Shown here one piece after another: positions 52,428-62,915 of a DNA stretch of 64,000 nucleotides; the stretch's first letter is position 1, and the number at the start of each line of letters is the position of its first letter. Below the pieces are notes generated by a model, which did no database searches, was not told where the DNA came from, and saw only the letters and a program-made list of their open reading frames with translations. The position numbers were made by a program, and so were the translations under genes. Source of the DNA: an uncultured Solirubrobacterales bacterium (GTDB taxonomy: Bacteria; Actinomycetota; Thermoleophilia; Solirubrobacterales; 70-9); assembly GCA_963727615.1 (NCBI GenBank), contig CAVSHD010000008.1, positions 22,250-86,249 of the forward strand, read 5' to 3'.

Positions 52428-54671
52428 CTAGCGGCGCTCGCGGTCGCCGCCCTCGCGGCGCCGACGGCCGTCGCGTCCGCCGCGTCCGCCGCGCTCGCCG
52501 CCATTGCGGCGGCCACCGTCGCCGGAGCCGACCGCCTGCAGCTCCTCCTGCGTCTTGCCCTCCACGGAGGGATCGGTGGAGAGGCGCAGCCCGATCCTGC
52601 CGCGCTCGCGGTCGACCTCGACCACGGTGACGTCGATCTCGTCGCCGGCGGAGAGGACGTCGTCGACCGAGTCGACCCGCTCGCCCGGCTTCACGTTGGA
52701 GATGTGAAGCAGGCCGTCGGTGCCCTTGACGAGCTCGACGAAGGCGCCGAAGGTCGTCGTCTTGACGACCTTGGCGGCGGGGTACTTATCGCCGATCTCG
52801 GCCTCCTTGGTCATCGACTCGATGCGGGCGACGCAGGCGTCGACCAGTTCCCCGGTCGGCGCGTAGATGCGGATCGTGCCGTCGTCCTCGACGTCGATGT
52901 CCGCTTCGAACTCCTCGCAGAGGGCGCGGATCGTTTCGCCGCCTTTGCCGATCACGGCGCCGATCTTCTCCTGGTCGATCTTGATCGCCTCGATCCGCGG
53001 AGCGTGCTGGGAGAGCTGCTCGCGCGGGCCGTCGATCGCCTCCGCCATCTTGCCGAGGATGAACTGGCGGCCCTTGTTGGCCTGCTCCAGCGCGTCGGTG
53101 AGGATCTCGAAGGTGACGCCGGTGATCTTGATGTCCATCTGCAGGGCGGTGATGCCCTCGGCGGTCCCGGCGACCTTGAAGTCCATGTCGCCGAGGTGGT
53201 CCTCGACGCCGGCGATGTCGGTGAGGACGATGTAGTCGTCGCCCTCCTTGATCAGCCCCATGGCAACGCCGGCCACCGGCGCGCTGACCGGGACCCCGGC
53301 CGCCTGCAGCGCCATCGAGGAGGCGCAGACCGAGCCCATCGACGAGGAGCCGTTGGACTCGAGCGTCTCGGAGACGACCCGGATCACGTAGGGGAACTCC
53401 TCTTCGCCCGGGATCGTCGTCGACAGCGCCCGCTCGGCGAGCGCCCCGTGGCCGATGTCACGCCGCTTGGGGCCGCGCATGAAGCCGGCCTCTCCCACCG
53501 AGAAGGGCGGGAAGTTGTAGTGGTGCCAGAACCTCTTCGACGTCTCCAGGCCGAGGGTGTCGATGCGCATGTCCATGCGCGTCGTGCCCAACGCCACGTT
53601 GGAGAGGATCTGCGTCTCGCCGCGGGTGAAGAGCGCCGAGCCGTGCACGCGGGGGGAGATGTCGACCTCGGTCTCGATCGGACGGATCTCGTCCTGGGCG
53701 CGGCCGTCGGGGCGCTTCTTGTCGACGGCGATCGCCTTGCGGATCGTGTCCTTCTCGATCGAGCCGAAGGCGGCCTTGACCTCGGACACGCGGGCCTCGT
53801 CGGCCTCTCCGTCGCCGGCGTCCGGCGCGTACTTGGCGACCACCTCGTCCTTGACGGCGTCGATCGCCTCGTAGCGCTCGAGCTTGCCCTCGGTGGCGAT
53901 CGCGTCGATAAGCGCCTGGCCGTGGGAGGAGCGGATCTCGTCGATCAGGCCCTCGTCGATCTTGGGCGCCTCGACCTCGATCTTCTCCTTGCCGACCTTC
54001 TGCTGCAGCTCCTCCATCGCGGCGACCAGCTTCTTGATCTCCGAGTGGGCGATGTCGAGCGCGTCGAGGATCTCCTGCTCGGTGACGCCGCTGGCGCCGG
54101 CCTCGACCATCAGGATCGCCTCGTCCGTGCCGGCGACGATCAGGTCGAGGTCGAGCTCGGCGAGGCTCTCCTCATCGGGGTTGACGACGAAGTCGCCGTC
54201 GAGCTTGCCGATCCGGACGGCGCCGACGTGGGCGGCGACGGGGATCGGGGAGATCGCCAGCGCCGCCGAGGCGCCGTTCATGGCGAGGATGTCGTAGGGG
54301 TGGACCTGGTCCACCGACATCGGGATCGCGACGAGCTGGGTCTCGTAGTGCCAGCCCTTGGGGAAGAGCGGGCGGATCGGCCGGTCGATCATGCGCGCGG
54401 TCAGCGTCGCCTTCTCGCTTGATTTGCCCTCGCGCCGGAAGAACGAGCCGGGGATTTTGCCGGCGGCGTACATGCGCTCCTCGATGTCGACGGTGAGGGG
54501 AAGGAAGTCCACGTCGCGAAGGCCACCGACGGTGGCGGTGCAGAGCACCATCGTGTCGCCGGCCTGGACCACGACCGCGCCACCCGCCTGCTTCGCGAGC
54601 TTTCCGGTCTCGAAGGAGATCTGGCTCTCGCCGATGTCCGCCGAAACGCGGGTTACGTCAAACATGCTCAT
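52428..54671 (-). CDS. pnp: Polyribonucleotide nucleotidyltransferase (PNPase)
   Basis: Intact 747 aa with two RNase PH domains, KH and S1 domains and an Arg/Gly-rich C-terminal tail. Confidence 0.97.
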   Translation of the reverse strand: MSMFDVTRVSADIGESQISFETGKLAKQAGGAVVVQAGDTMVLCTATVGGLRDVDFLPLTVDIEERMYAAGKIPGSFFRREGKSSEKATLTARMIDRPIRPLFPKGWHYETQLVAIPMSVDQVHPYDILAMNGASAALAISPIPVAAHVGAVRIGKLDGDFVVNPDEESLAELDLDLIVAGTDEAILMVEAGASGVTEQEILDALDIAHSEIKKLVAAMEELQQKVGKEKIEVEAPKIDEGLIDEIRSSHGQALIDAIATEGKLERYEAIDAVKDEVVAKYAPDAGDGEADEARVSEVKAAFGSIEKDTIRKAIAVDKKRPDGRAQDEIRPIETEVDISPRVHGSALFTRGETQILSNVALGTTRMDMRIDTLGLETSKRFWHHYNFPPFSVGEAGFMRGPKRRDIGHGALAERALSTTIPGEEEFPYVIRVVSETLESNGSSSMGSVCASSMALQAAGVPVSAPVAGVAMGLIKEGDDYIVLTDIAGVEDHLGDMDFKVAGTAEGITALQMDIKITGVTFEILTDALEQANKGRQFILGKMAEAIDGPREQLSQHAPRIEAIKIDQEKIGAVIGKGGETIRALCEEFEADIDVEDDGTIRIYAPTGELVDACVARIESMTKEAEIGDKYPAAKVVKTTTFGAFVELVKGTDGLLHISNVKPGERVDSVDDVLSAGDEIDVTVVEVDRERGRIGLRLSTDPSVEGKTQEELQAVGSGDGGRRNGGERGGRGGRDGRRRREGGDRERR

Positions 54672-54825
54672 TTAGTTTTTACCTCCGGCCGCCCGGGTGG
54701 CGGCTCACTGGATTCAGAACTCTCGTTCTCTTTCGCGAAAGAGAGTACAGAGGCTGCAATTCGCGTACATTCCGCCCCGCCGAGCGATCGCTCTGGGGAG
54801 TTGACCGCGCCAGGGCATGGTCGCC

Positions 54826-55272
54826 TCACCGAACGACAAAGAGCGCCGGAGTCCCGGCGACCCCGGCGCGAATTCCGGACTCGAAGTCTCGCCGCACGCG
54901 GGCGGCGACGGCATCCGAGCGCCGGTCCTCCTCGAAGCGGTCGAGGTCGAGGCCGAGGCGCTCCGCTCGCTCCCAGAGGTGCGGGTCGTCGATCCGCCCC
55001 TGGTCGGCGTAGATCGAGTCGACCATCTCGAAGAAGCGCCCCTGCAGGCCGGCGGCCTCGGCCGCGGCGTGCAGCGCCGGCGAGCGCGGCCGCTTGCCGG
55101 CCAGCGGGAAGTGGCGAAAGACGATCCTCGCCGGGCGCCCGGCGATCTCGCGCCAGGCCGCCGCGCAGTGCGGGCAGGCCAGGTCCGCGTAGACGACCAG
55201 ATCCTCCCCCTCCCCACGCAGATGGTCGTCCGCGCCCACCGGGGGCACGGAGGCGCTGGTCAGGTCGGGCAC
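54826..55272 (-). CDS. DsbA-like thioredoxin-fold protein (CPHC)
   Basis: VVYADLACPHCAAAW active site. The GTG start at 55272 overlaps the upstream peroxiredoxin stop by 1 nt. Confidence 0.65.
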   Translation of the reverse strand: MPDLTSASVPPVGADDHLRGEGEDLVVYADLACPHCAAAWREIAGRPARIVFRHFPLAGKRPRSPALHAAAEAAGLQGRFFEMVDSIYADQGRIDDPHLWERAERLGLDLDRFEEDRRSDAVAARVRRDFESGIRAGVAGTPALFVVR

Positions 55273-55730
55273 TACTCCGCGAGCGCGTCGAAGATGACGT
55301 TCGCGCCCGGGGCCTCGCCGGGGCTCGGCGATTCGTAGCTCCACTCGACCCGGCCGTCGGCGTCGATCAGGACCAGGGTCCGGTTCGACATGCCGGCCGC
55401 CTCGAAGTAGGAGCCGTAGGCTTTCGAGACCTCGCCCTTGGGCTCGAAGTCGGCGAGCAGGGGAATGTCGATGCCGAGCTTCTCGCGGAAGGCCTTGTGC
55501 GCGTGGATGTGGTCGATGCTGACCCCGAAGAGCTCGACGCCCTTGGCCTCGATCTCGGACTTGACCTCCTGGTAGACGGAGAGCTGGTCCGAGCAGACCG
55601 AGCTGAAGTCGAACGGGTAGAAGACGAGCAGCACCCGGTGGCCCCGTAGGTCGGAGAGCGCGACCTCGTCCCCGTCCTGGTCGCGAAGCTTGAAGTCGGG
55701 GGCCTGCTCTCCGGCTGCGATGACGGTCAT
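55272..55730 (-). CDS. Peroxiredoxin (AhpC/TSA family)
   Basis: FYPFDFSSVCSDQ peroxidatic Cys motif. 152 aa. Confidence 0.85.
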   Translation of the reverse strand: MTVIAAGEQAPDFKLRDQDGDEVALSDLRGHRVLLVFYPFDFSSVCSDQLSVYQEVKSEIEAKGVELFGVSIDHIHAHKAFREKLGIDIPLLADFEPKGEVSKAYGSYFEAAGMSNRTLVLIDADGRVEWSYESPSPGEAPGANVIFDALAE

Positions 55731-55739
55731 GGCCGGGGC

Positions 55740-56009
55740 CTAGCGGCGCAGGCCGAGCTCGGCGACGAGGGCGCGGTAGCGCTCGAGGTCGCTGTGCTCC
55801 AGGTAGCGGAGCATGCGGCGCCGCTTGCCGACCAGCATCAGCAGGCCGCGCCGCGAGTGGTGGTCCTTGGGGTGGGTCCGCAGGTGCTCGGTGAGCTCGT
55901 TGATGCGCTCGGTCATCAGCGCCACCTGCACCTCGGCGGAGCCGGTGTCGCCGTCGGCGCGACCGTGCTTGCCGATCAGCTCGCTCTTTTTCTCTTTGGT
56001 CAGGCTCAT
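55740..56009 (-). CDS. rpsO: 30S ribosomal protein S15
   Basis: [43 protein letters not shown]...; 89 aa counted from the internal Met of the track ORF. Confidence 0.95.
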   Translation of the reverse strand: MSLTKEKKSELIGKHGRADGDTGSAEVQVALMTERINELTEHLRTHPKDHHSRRGLLMLVGKRRRMLRYLEHSDLERYRALVAELGLRR

Positions 56010-56040
56010 GTCTCGTAAAAACGCCGTGCCCTCGAGGGGG

Positions 56041-56930
56041 TCACGGCCGTTGGAAGCTAGCACAGACGCGCCTGGCGTCCTCGACGTCGATCTTCATCTG
56101 GGCGATCAGATCCTCGACCCCGCCGAAGCGCTTCTCGCCCCGCAGGCGCTTGACGAACGCGACCCGCAGCTCGGTCCCGTAGAGGTCCTCGGAGCGGTCG
56201 ATCAGATAGGTCTCGATCAGCACCCCCCGGCCGCTCTCGAAGGTCGGGCGGACGCCGACGTTGACCGCCGCCGGGACGCCGTTGGCGAAGGCCGCGTAGA
56301 CGCCGTGCCCGGGGATCGCGAGGCGATCGTCGGGGACGATGTTGGCGGTCGGGAAGCCGAGCTCACGGCCGCGCTGGTCCCCCGAGACGACCGTCCCCTC
56401 GACCATGAACGGCGCGCCCAGGCAGTGCCGAGTGCTCTCCATGTCCCCGGCCGCGACCAACGCCCGGATCCGGGTCGAGGAGACCGCCTCGCCGTCGACC
56501 TCGACCAGGGGCACGACCCTGGTCTCGAACTCCGGCCGGGAGGCGAGCATCGCCGGGTCGCCCTGGGCCCGGGCGCCGAAGCGGAAGTTCTCGCCGACGG
56601 AGACGTGCTGGCGCCGAGCCTCTCGACCAGGACGTGGTCGATGAAGCCGCCGGCGTCGAGCTTGGCGAACTCCTCGTCGAAGGGAATCACGACCAGCTCG
56701 CGGACCCCGAGGCCCTCGATCACGTCGCGCTTGACCCCGAAGGGCATGATCAGCTTCGGCAACGCCGCCGGGTGCAGGACCTCGAGCGGGTGGGGGTCGA
56801 AGGTGAGGACCGTGTCGGCGCCCTCGATCACCGCCCGGTGGCCCCTGTGGACGCCGTCGAAGGTGCCGATCGCGACCCGCCGCGGGCGCGGCTCGGCGTC
56901 GGGCAGGGAGGTGACCTCGATGTTGGCCAT
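56041..56930 (-). CDS. ribF: Bifunctional riboflavin kinase / FAD synthetase, frameshifted in this assembly
   Basis: N-terminal FMN adenylyltransferase ([10 protein letters not shown]) in one frame and the kinase domain (GFPTAN...E.YL) in ORF 56041..56550. The switch is near 56610. The ATG overlaps the truB stop (ATGA). Confidence 0.9.
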
Positions 56931-57578
56931 CAGCGCAGCGCCTCGCCGGCGGCCGGGACCAGCTCCCCGACCCGCTCGATCCCGATCTCCTCGCCCGCCT
57001 CCTCGACCCGGAAGGGGCCGATCGCGGTGCGGCGAAGCTCGGCGCAGTAGGCGTCGCCGAGGGTCTCGACCAGCGTCCGGATGTAGGTGCCGGCCGAGCA
57101 TTCGACCTCGTAACGGGCCGTGCCGCCCCCCTCGGCGAGCAGCTCTGCTCGGTAGACGTCGACCTCGCGTTCGGGGGTATCGACGACCTCGCCGCGATGC
57201 GCCTTCCTGTAGAGGCGCTCGCCGCCGACCCTGACGGCCGAGGTCATCGGCAGCTTCTGGCGCACGGTGCCGGTCGGTAGCTCCAGGGACCCGGGAAGGA
57301 GACCGGTCTCGGTCAGCTCGCCGTCGGGGTCGCCGGTGCTCGAGCGCCAGCCGAGCCGGGCGGTCGCGACGTAGGTCTTCGGCAGCCCGGTCAGGAAGCG
57401 CTGCAGGCGCGTCGCGCGGCCGAGGAGGACGATCAGCAGCCCGGTCGCGAACGGGTCGAGGGTGCCGGCGTGGCCGGCCTTGCACCCGCGCTCGCGTCGG
57501 ACCCGGCATGACCATGTCGTGCGAGGTTATCCCGGCGGGCTTGTCGCAGAGCAGCACCGAGCCCGCGCCGGCGGCCAT
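56930..57578 (-). CDS. truB: tRNA pseudouridine(55) synthase, frameshifted in this assembly
   Basis: LLCDKPAGITSHD then GHAGTLDPFATGLL (catalytic Asp) in a second frame. The switch is near 57508. The C-terminus is in ORF 56930..57265. The ATG overlaps the nrnA stop. Confidence 0.88.
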
Positions 57579-58583
57579 CAGGGGTCGAGCTGGGCGCCGA
57601 CCTCGCCGCAGAGGAACGTGACCAGCTCCGCGAGCTCGAGGTTGGTGGAGAAGCCGGCGGCGCGCTTGTGCCCGCCGCCCCCGTGGTGCCGAGCGATCGC
57701 CGAGACGTCGACGTCGCCCTCGCTGGAGCGCAGGCTGACCTTGCGGGCGGCCCGCCCCCTGCTGCCCTGGTCGCGGACCAGAGCAGCGACCTTGGCCCCC
57801 TCGACCGAGCGCAGGTGGTCGATGATGCCCTCGGTCATCTCCTCGCCGGCGCCGCTCGCCCGCGTAGTCCGCCTCGGTGATGTAGGTGAGCACGAGGCGG
57901 TCGTCGCAGTGCATCTCGATCCCGTCCAGCGCGCGCGAGACGAGCCGTAGCTTCTCGATCGGCACGTGCTCGTAGAGGCGCCGGTAGGTGTCGTCGACAT
58001 CGACCCCGGCGTCGATCAGCTCGGCGGCGATTCGGTGGGTCTCGGCGTTGGTGTTCTCGTACATGAACTTGCCGGTGTCGGTGACCAGGCCGACGTAGAG
58101 GGCCGAGGCGATCTCAGGCGTCAGGTGGCCGCCGATCTCGCGGCCCAGCCCGTAGACGATCTCGGCCGTGCTCGAGGCAGCGGTGTCGACCAGGTTGACG
58201 TCGCCGAAACGGGTGTTGTCGTGGTGGTGGTCGATGTTGACGATGAAGTTGCCGCCCTCGGTCAGGAAGTCGACCGGCATCCGGTCGATGTTGCCGCAGT
58301 CGAGGAAGACGACAGTTCGGTCGGCCATGTCGGCGGGGGGCTCGTGGAAGACCTCCTCGAGGGGCAGGAACCGGTACTCGATCGGCAGCGGGAACTCCTT
58401 CGCCGCCATGAACATCACCGAGTCCTTGCCGATCTGGGTGAGCAGGTGGTGCATCCCCAGAAGCGAGCCGAGCGCGTCGCCGTCGGGGCCCTCGTGGGCG
58501 GTGAGCAGGAACCGGTCGCGGTCCCGCAGCTCGGTGGCGACCCGCTCCAGCTCGGTGGCCGTCGCGCCGGCCGCCTCGCTCAC
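57578..58583 (-). CDS. nrnA: DHH/DHHA1 phosphoesterase (NrnA-type oligoribonuclease/pAp phosphatase), frameshifted in this assembly
   Basis: HEGPDGDALGS, NIDHHHDN and, in a second frame, GGGHKRAAGF. The switch is near 57860. Confidence 0.78.
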
Positions 58584-58942
58584 TCCTCTCCTCCCGCGAC
58601 CGGCGGCTCGTCCGCCTCGAGCAGCCCGCTGATCCGCATCCCGGTCTCGACAGTCGGGTCGTAGTGGAAGCTCAGCTGAGGGGTCCGCTTCATCCGCGTC
58701 TCGGCGGCGATCTTCGCCTGGATCGCGCCCTGCGAGGAGCGCAGCCCCTCGAGCGTCGCCTGGCGCTGCTGCTCGTCGCCGAGCACGCTGACGTGCACCT
58801 TGGCGGCGCGGATATCTGGGCTGGTCTCAACCGAAGTCACAGTTACGAAGCCGATGCGAGGATCGCTCAACTCGGTGCTGATCGCCGCACCGATCACCTC
58901 CCGGAGCACCTCGTTGATGCGGCGCATGCGAGGCGTGGTCAT
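58580..58942 (-). CDS. rbfA: Ribosome-binding factor A
   Basis: RMRRINEVLREVIGAAIS...DPRIGFVTVTSVETSPDIRAAKVHV. The internal Met at 58942 is used as the start. Confidence 0.9.
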   Translation of the reverse strand: MTTPRMRRINEVLREVIGAAISTELSDPRIGFVTVTSVETSPDIRAAKVHVSVLGDEQQRQATLEGLRSSQGAIQAKIAAETRMKRTPQLSFHYDPTVETGMRISGLLEADEPPVAGGEE

Positions 58943-58956
58943 CCTAGTGGCTGTCC

Positions 58957-61194
58957 CTAGTCCAGCGTCTGCTCGACCTGCTTGGTCCGGTAGAACTCGA
59001 GGACGTCCTCCTCCTTGACGTCCGCGTAGCCCTCGAGGACGATCCCGCACTCCTGGCCCTCCTCGACTTCCTGCACGTTGTCTTTGAACCTGCGCAGCGA
59101 GCCGAGCTTGCCGTCCCAGATCACCGTGCCCTCGCGGATCAGGCGGACGCTGGCGTCGCGCGCCACCTTGCCGTCGGTGACGACGCAGCCGGCGATGCGG
59201 CCGACCTTCGAGGCTTTGAAGGTCTGTTTGATCTCGGCCTCGCCGAGCGTCTCCTCGACCTCGACGGACTCGAGCATGCCCTCCATCGCGTTGCGCAGGT
59301 CTTCGGTGATTTTGTAGATCACCGAGTAGGTGCGAACGTCGACTCCCTCGCGCTCCGCCGCCTTACGGGCATCGGCCAGGGGCCGCACGTTGAAGCCGAT
59401 GATGATCGCGTCGGAGGCCGAGGCGAGCATCACGTCGGACTCGTTGATGCCGCCGGTCTGGGAGTGGATGATGTTGATCCCGACCTGCTCCTGCGGGACC
59501 TTCGCGATCTCGTCCTGGAGCGCCTCCAGCGAGCCGGCGACGTCGGCCTTGAGGACGATGTTGAGCTCCTTGATCTCGCCCTCCTGGGCGCGCGAGAAGA
59601 CCTCCTCGAGACTGACCTTGCGGGCGCCTGCGGCGGGCCAGCGCCTCGGTCTTCAGGCGGTTGGCGCGTTCCTGGGCGAGCTGGCGGGCGCGGCGGTCGT
59701 TCTCGACCACCTGGACGAACTCGCCGGCGTCGGCGACGCCGTCGAAGCCGAGCACCTCGACCGGCATCCCCGGCCCGGCGCTCTCGACCCGGTCACCCAT
59801 GAAGTCGTGCATCGCCCGCACCCGGCCCCACTCCGGCCCGGCGACGAGCGCAGTCGCCGACCTCGAGGGTCCCGCGCTGGATCAGGATGCTGACCACGGG
59901 GCCGCGCCCGGGGTCGAGCTGGGACTCGATCACGGTGCCCGAGGCCTCGGTGTCGGGATTGGCGCCGAGCTCCTCGAGCTCGGTCACCAGGAGGATCATG
60001 TCGAGCAGGTTCTCGAGGCCTTCGTGGGTCTTCGCGGAGACGTCGCAGTAGACGGTCTCCCCTCCCCAGTCCTCGGGCGTCAGCCCGTCGGCGGCCAGCT
60101 CGTTTCGGACCCTGTCCGGCTGCGCGCCCTCCTTGTCGATCTTGTTGACCGCGATCAGGATCGGGACGTCGGCGGCGCGGGCGTGGTCGATCGCCTCTTT
60201 GGTCTGCGGCATGACGCCGTCGTCGGCGGCGACGACGACGACCGCGATGTCGGTGACCTTGGCGCCGCGGGCGCGCATCGCCGTGAAGGCGGCGTGGCCC
60301 GGGGTGTCGAGGAAGGTGATCGTCTTCTCGTCGTGGTGGACCTGGTAGGCGCCGATGTGCTGGGTGATCCCGCCGGCCTCGCCGGCGGCGACCTCGGTCT
60401 CGCGGATCGCGTCGAGCAGCGAGGTCTTGCCGTGGTCGACGTGGCCCATGATCGTGACCACCGGCGGCCGGTCCTCGAGGGTCGTCCTCGGCGTCGTCGT
60501 ACTCGGGCGCCTCGGGCTCCTCGTCGGCGGCTGTGACGATTTCGATCTTGCGGTCGTACTCGTCGGCGATCGCCTTCACCGAGTCGTCGGTGAGCGTCTG
60601 GGTGAGGGTCGCCATCTCCCCCATCATCATCAGCTTCTTGATCACCTCGGCGCTGCCCAGGCCGAGCAGTTCCGCGACCTCGCGGACGGTGGCGCCCGAC
60701 TGGACCTTGGTCGCCTCCGGCTCGAGCGGCTCCTCGGCTTTGGGGGGCGGCTCCTCGAGCAGCGGACGGCGGCGGCGGCCGCCGCGACGGCGAGGCGGGC
60801 GCTGCGGCGGCGGGCCGCCCATCTGGTCGCGGCGCGCGGCCTGCGAGTCGATCACGACGCGGCGTTTTTTCGCCCCGCCCCCGCCGCCGGCTGCCGGTTT
60901 GGCCGCTTTCTTGGCCGCCGCGGGTTTCGCCGGTTTCTTCTGCGGGCCGGCGTTCTTCAACGCGGCTTCGGCCTTCGTCGGTTTCTTCGGCGTCGCCTCG
61001 GCTTTCGGGGCGGCTTTCGTCGCCGCCTTGCCGCCGTTGCCCTTGGCGGCGGAGAGCGCCTTCAGGGCGTCGGCTTCCTCGACGCTGGAGGCCGCGGCTT
61101 TCGCCTCGACCCCGGCCGCCTTCAGCGCGGCCAGCAGCTCTTTGCTGCTCAGCCCCTGAGCCTTGGCGATCTCATGAACGCGCTTCTTTGCCAC
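58957..61194 (-). CDS. infB: Translation initiation factor IF-2, frameshifted in this assembly
   Basis: [22 protein letters not shown]-terminus (GTG start), the G domain [25 protein letters not shown] in ORF 59793..60461, and the C-terminus in ORF 58957..59433. Switches lie near 60470, 59840 and 59640. Confidence 0.95.
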
Positions 61195-62915
61195 TAGGCC
61201 TGCTCAGCCTCCTCGGCGACCGTCTCTGCCTGCTCCTCGGCGGCCTCGTCATTCCCGACCGCGGCGTCCTCGGCAAGCTCCGCCGGCGCCTCGTCCTCAT
61301 CAGCCGCCTCGTCCTCGACCTGTTCGTCGCCCCCGGACGCCTCGTCCGCGGGTGGCGTGGGCTCGGAGGGGTCGAGAACGGCGGCGGAGCCGCCGCCCGC
61401 AGGCCCCTCGGAGGCCGCGTCGGGCCCCGCGGCAGTGAGGTCTGAGCCCTCGGTGTCGGGCGCCTCGGCGTCCGGCGCCTCGGCCTCGGGGTCGACCGCG
61501 TCGACTTCGGCGACCGTCTCTTCCTCGGGCTCGTCGACCGGCTCCTCGAACTCCGCTTCGGCGCGCTCGACGATCGGGGTGACCTGGCCGTCGTCCGCAT
61601 CGGGGTCGGCGAGGATCGCGACCTCGGCCTCGTTGACCGGCCCGAGGACGGCGATCTGGTTGGTCTCGAAGCGGGCCAGGGCCTGGTGCGTCGGCAGACC
61701 GCAATAGGTCGAGTCGGCGATCGCCGCGTTCGGGCAGCGGCGGCCGTTGGAGAGGACCGCGAGACAGCGGCCATCGGCCTGCTCCTCGCCCTCGTACTCG
61801 ATCTCCTCGTCGTCGGCGGCGAACTCGGTCTCCGATTTGATGTCGACGCGCCAGCCGGTCAGGCGGGCGGCGAGGCGGGCGTTCTGGCCGTCGCGGCCGA
61901 TCGCCAGCGAGAGCTGGTCGTCGGGCACGATCACGGTCGCCTGGCGCTCCTCGTCGTCGACGATCACCTCGCGCACCCGGGCCGGCGAGAGCGCCTTGGC
62001 GACGAAGCGGCCGGGCTCGTCGTTGTGGGGGATGATGTCGATCTTCTCGCCGCGCAGCTCGGATACGACCATCCTCACCCGCGAGCCGCGCGGGCCGACG
62101 CAGGCGCCGACCGGGTCGACGCCGTCGGCGTGAGAGATCACCGCGATCTTCGAGCGGTAGCCGGGCTCGCGGGCGACGCCGACGATCTCGACCAGCTTGT
62201 CGGCGATCTCGGGGACCTCCATTTCGAAGAGGCTCTTGATCAGCTCGGGGCTGCGGCGGGAGACGACGATCGCCGGCCCTTTGGTCGAGTCGGAGACATC
62301 GGTGATCACGGCCTTCACCCGCATCCCGTGGTCGTAGCGCTCGTTGTAGACCTGCTCGGACTTGGGCAACAGCGCCTCGACGCGCTCGCGCAGCTGGACC
62401 AGCGTGTAGCGCTTGTCGGACTGCTGGATGATTCCCGTGATCAGCTCGCCGACGCGGTCCTGGTACTCCTCGAACATCATCATCCGTTCCGCCTCGCGGA
62501 TCCGCTGCAGGATCACCTGCTTGGCGGTCTGGGCGGCGATCCGGCCGAAGTCTTCGGGGGTGACGTCGCTGGTGCTGATCTGATCCTCGTATGGAGCGAT
62601 CATCTCGGGGTCGAGCTCGGGGTCCTCGGGCTCGCGCAGCTCCCCCGTCTCGGGGTCGATCTCGCGCTCTTCCTCCTCCTGCGCCTCGGCGGCCTCGGCG
62701 AGCAGTTTCTCCTCCAGCTCGGGCGGCAGGATCAGTTCGAAGACGCGGAAGTCGCCGGTCTCGTGGTCGAGGTCGACGCGCGCGTATTTGGCGGCCCCGG
62801 AGGTCTTCTTGTAGGCGGAGAGGAGCGCGTCGGCGAGCGCGTCCATCAGTTTGTCCGAGGAGATTCCCTTCTCCTGCTCGAGCGCCTTCACAGCCTCGAC
62901 GATCTCTTTGGTCAC
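61194..62915 (-). CDS. nusA: Transcription termination/antitermination factor NusA with a ~208-aa C-terminal extension
   Basis: GTG 62915 preceded by AAGGAGAC. NTD, S1 and two KH domains ([24 protein letters not shown]), then a CCCH motif and an acidic tail. The stop overlaps the infB GTG. Confidence 0.93.
   Translation of the reverse strand: MTKEIVEAVKALEQEKGISSDKLMDALADALLSAYKKTSGAAKYARVDLDHETGDFRVFELILPPELEEKLLAEAAEAQEEEEREIDPETGELREPEDPELDPEMIAPYEDQISTSDVTPEDFGRIAAQTAKQVILQRIREAERMMMFEEYQDRVGELITGIIQQSDKRYTLVQLRERVEALLPKSEQVYNERYDHGMRVKAVITDVSDSTKGPAIVVSRRSPELIKSLFEMEVPEIADKLVEIVGVAREPGYRSKIAVISHADGVDPVGACVGPRGSRVRMVVSELRGEKIDIIPHNDEPGRFVAKALSPARVREVIVDDEERQATVIVPDDQLSLAIGRDGQNARLAARLTGWRVDIKSETEFAADDEEIEYEGEEQADGRCLAVLSNGRRCPNAAIADSTYCGLPTHQALARFETNQIAVLGPVNEAEVAILADPDADDGQVTPIVERAEAEFEEPVDEPEEETVAEVDAVDPEAEAPDAEAPDTEGSDLTAAGPDAASEGPAGGGSAAVLDPSEPTPPADEASGGDEQVEDEAADEDEAPAELAEDAAVGNDEAAEEQAETVAEEAEQA

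Noticed and set aside
52398-54422. 674-aa + strand ORF
   Set aside because: It is fully antisense to the intact, canonical PNPase gene.
56217-58583. 788-aa - strand ORF
   Set aside because: Only the first ~240 aa (nrnA) are real in this frame. The rest is off-frame read-through across truB and ribF, apart from short in-frame N-terminal segments of those two genes.
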